Assembly: GCF_006345805.1 (NCBI RefSeq)
Contig: NC_042999.1
Location: 868,001-932,000 of the forward strand
Direction of reading: 5' to 3'
From: Octopus sinensis
Taxonomy: Eukaryota
DNA: 64,000 nt
Shown here: one piece after another, positions 62,480-64,000 of the stretch
How positions within the stretch are numbered: the first letter of the stretch is position 1
Layout of the letters: each line of letters starts with the position of its first letter
Notes under the pieces: generated by a model
What the model saw: only the letters and a program-made list of their open reading frames with translations
Database searches by the model: none
Told to the model about the DNA's origin: nothing
Program-made: the position numbers and the translations under genes

Positions 62480-62696
62480 ATTATTATTATTATTATTATT
62501 ATTATATTATTATTGTATTGATAATAATAATAACTATTGAACAATCGTAAGAAAAAGTGATGATGATGATGATAGTGAGGGTGATGGTGATCGTGACGAC
62601 GGCGACGATGATGATCATGATGGTGGTGATGATGGTGATGATGATACTGCTTACTAATGCTACTACTGCTGCTGCTGCTACTACTACTGCTGCTGC

Positions 62697-62740
<44 letters not shown>

Positions 62741-62865
62741 TGACGCATATGAGAGAAGAAGAAGTTAGAAGAAGAAGAAGAAGGAGGAGGAGAAGAAGAA
62801 GAAAAGTAAGAAGAAGAATAAGAAGAAGAAGAGAGAGAAGAAGAAGAAGAAAGAAGAAGAAGAAG

Positions 62866-62895
<30 letters not shown>
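61545..62895. repeat. Large CAT/ATT/GAT/GAA trinucleotide microsatellite field
   Basis: Direct inspection. Confidence 0.92.
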
Positions 62896-62896
<1 letters not shown>

Positions 62897-63513
62897 CCTT
62901 TGTCAAATATTGCCGGTAAAAACAACAAAAACCACTCCAACGTCCGCTCTACATCCGAGGATTATGAAAAGATTGTCTTGTCACAGTTCATACCTCTTGC
63001 TATTTTCAACATATCATTTATTTCTCTGAACGTTCTTATTACACATTTTACATATGAATCTCAAGTCTAAATCAACCTTCTAGATTTAGGCACAAACATC
63101 AGTGACTCGCTGAACCTATTATATTAACCTTAACCTGACTTGTCAGCCATTTTCATTTATCTAACACAATAGGTTATTTCAACACTAAATTTAATTGGCT
63201 TCTTGCTGTTTTCCGAATACAAAACACTTTCAAATTGATAGTTTAATTTCTATTACTAAGCAAAGAGTAATTGTAAAATCTGTCAACCTACAGCTTGTGT
63301 TTTCTATTTATTTCTCCTCAAAACCATCTTTGTTTTATTTGTCTCCTTCTTCTTGGCGGTTTTTGACTTCCATTTTTAATTTAAGATATATATCCTGTAA
63401 AGTACACTGTCTTTTGTATGTAATAAGCTTTTTTCAAAGTATGGCGCATTGATATCTAAAATGTGTCAGTGGTACAGAATGAAAGAGGTTTAGATTTTTT
63501 TTCCCATGGACGA

Positions 63514-63760
63514 AGGCGTGGCTGTGGGGTTACGAATCTCGATTTGCAGCCAGGAACATTCGGGGTTCAATTCAGTCCCACTGTGCAGCACATGGGACGT
63601 GTGCCTTCTAACATAGCGACAGATCGACCAAGGCCGTGTAGAATTTAGAAGGTGGAAACTTATTCTTTGTAAACTTAGTACTTATTCTTCCGCTAAGTTA
63701 CGGGGACACAAACACACCTGCATCGGTTCTCAAGCGATGTTGGGGACAAACACATACACA

Positions 63761-63795
<35 letters not shown>

Positions 63796-64000
63796 CACAC
63801 TATATACATATATACATATATACATATATACATATATACACACACACTATATACATATATACATATACTACATGGCTCCAGGTCGAGTCCCACTGCGTGG
63901 CACCTTGGGCAAATGTCTTCTAGTATATTCTCGGGCCGACCAAAGCCCTGTGAGTGGGTTTGGTAGACGGAAACTGAAAGAAGCCCGTCGTATGTATATG
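63514..64000. mobile_element. Fragments of SINE family A in mixed orientation (last one truncated by the window end)
   Basis: Plus head 63514-63660, minus body 63661-63790, plus head 63868-64000. Confidence 0.75.

Overview
AT-rich eukaryotic (animal) non-coding DNA, very dense in microsatellites (TA, CA, TATG, ATT, GAT, GAA). The repeat spectrum resembles an octopus/cephalopod genome; this is an inference from composition and SINE content, not a database match. I find no supportable intact host protein-coding gene: almost all ORFs in the track are microsatellite or SINE read-throughs. The window is a graveyard of mobile elements. It holds at least three tRNA-derived SINE groups, CR1 fragments, RLE-type (R4/Dong/HERO-like) LINE fragments, several Penelope-like element (PLE) remnants with GIY-YIG traces, Tc1/mariner relics, MITEs and a decayed Merlin (IS1595/ISXO2-like) transposase. 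The most interesting signal is about a dozen type I hammerhead ribozyme motifs, read directly from the sequence; 4 look intact and the rest are variant or eroded. One PLE family carries, in its 3' terminal repeat, a tRNA-like Pol III promoter, then a (TAA)n spacer, then a minimal hammerhead with an extra A in the core. Retroelement families also appear to partition microsatellite motifs as insertion niches. All alignments and folds were done by eye.
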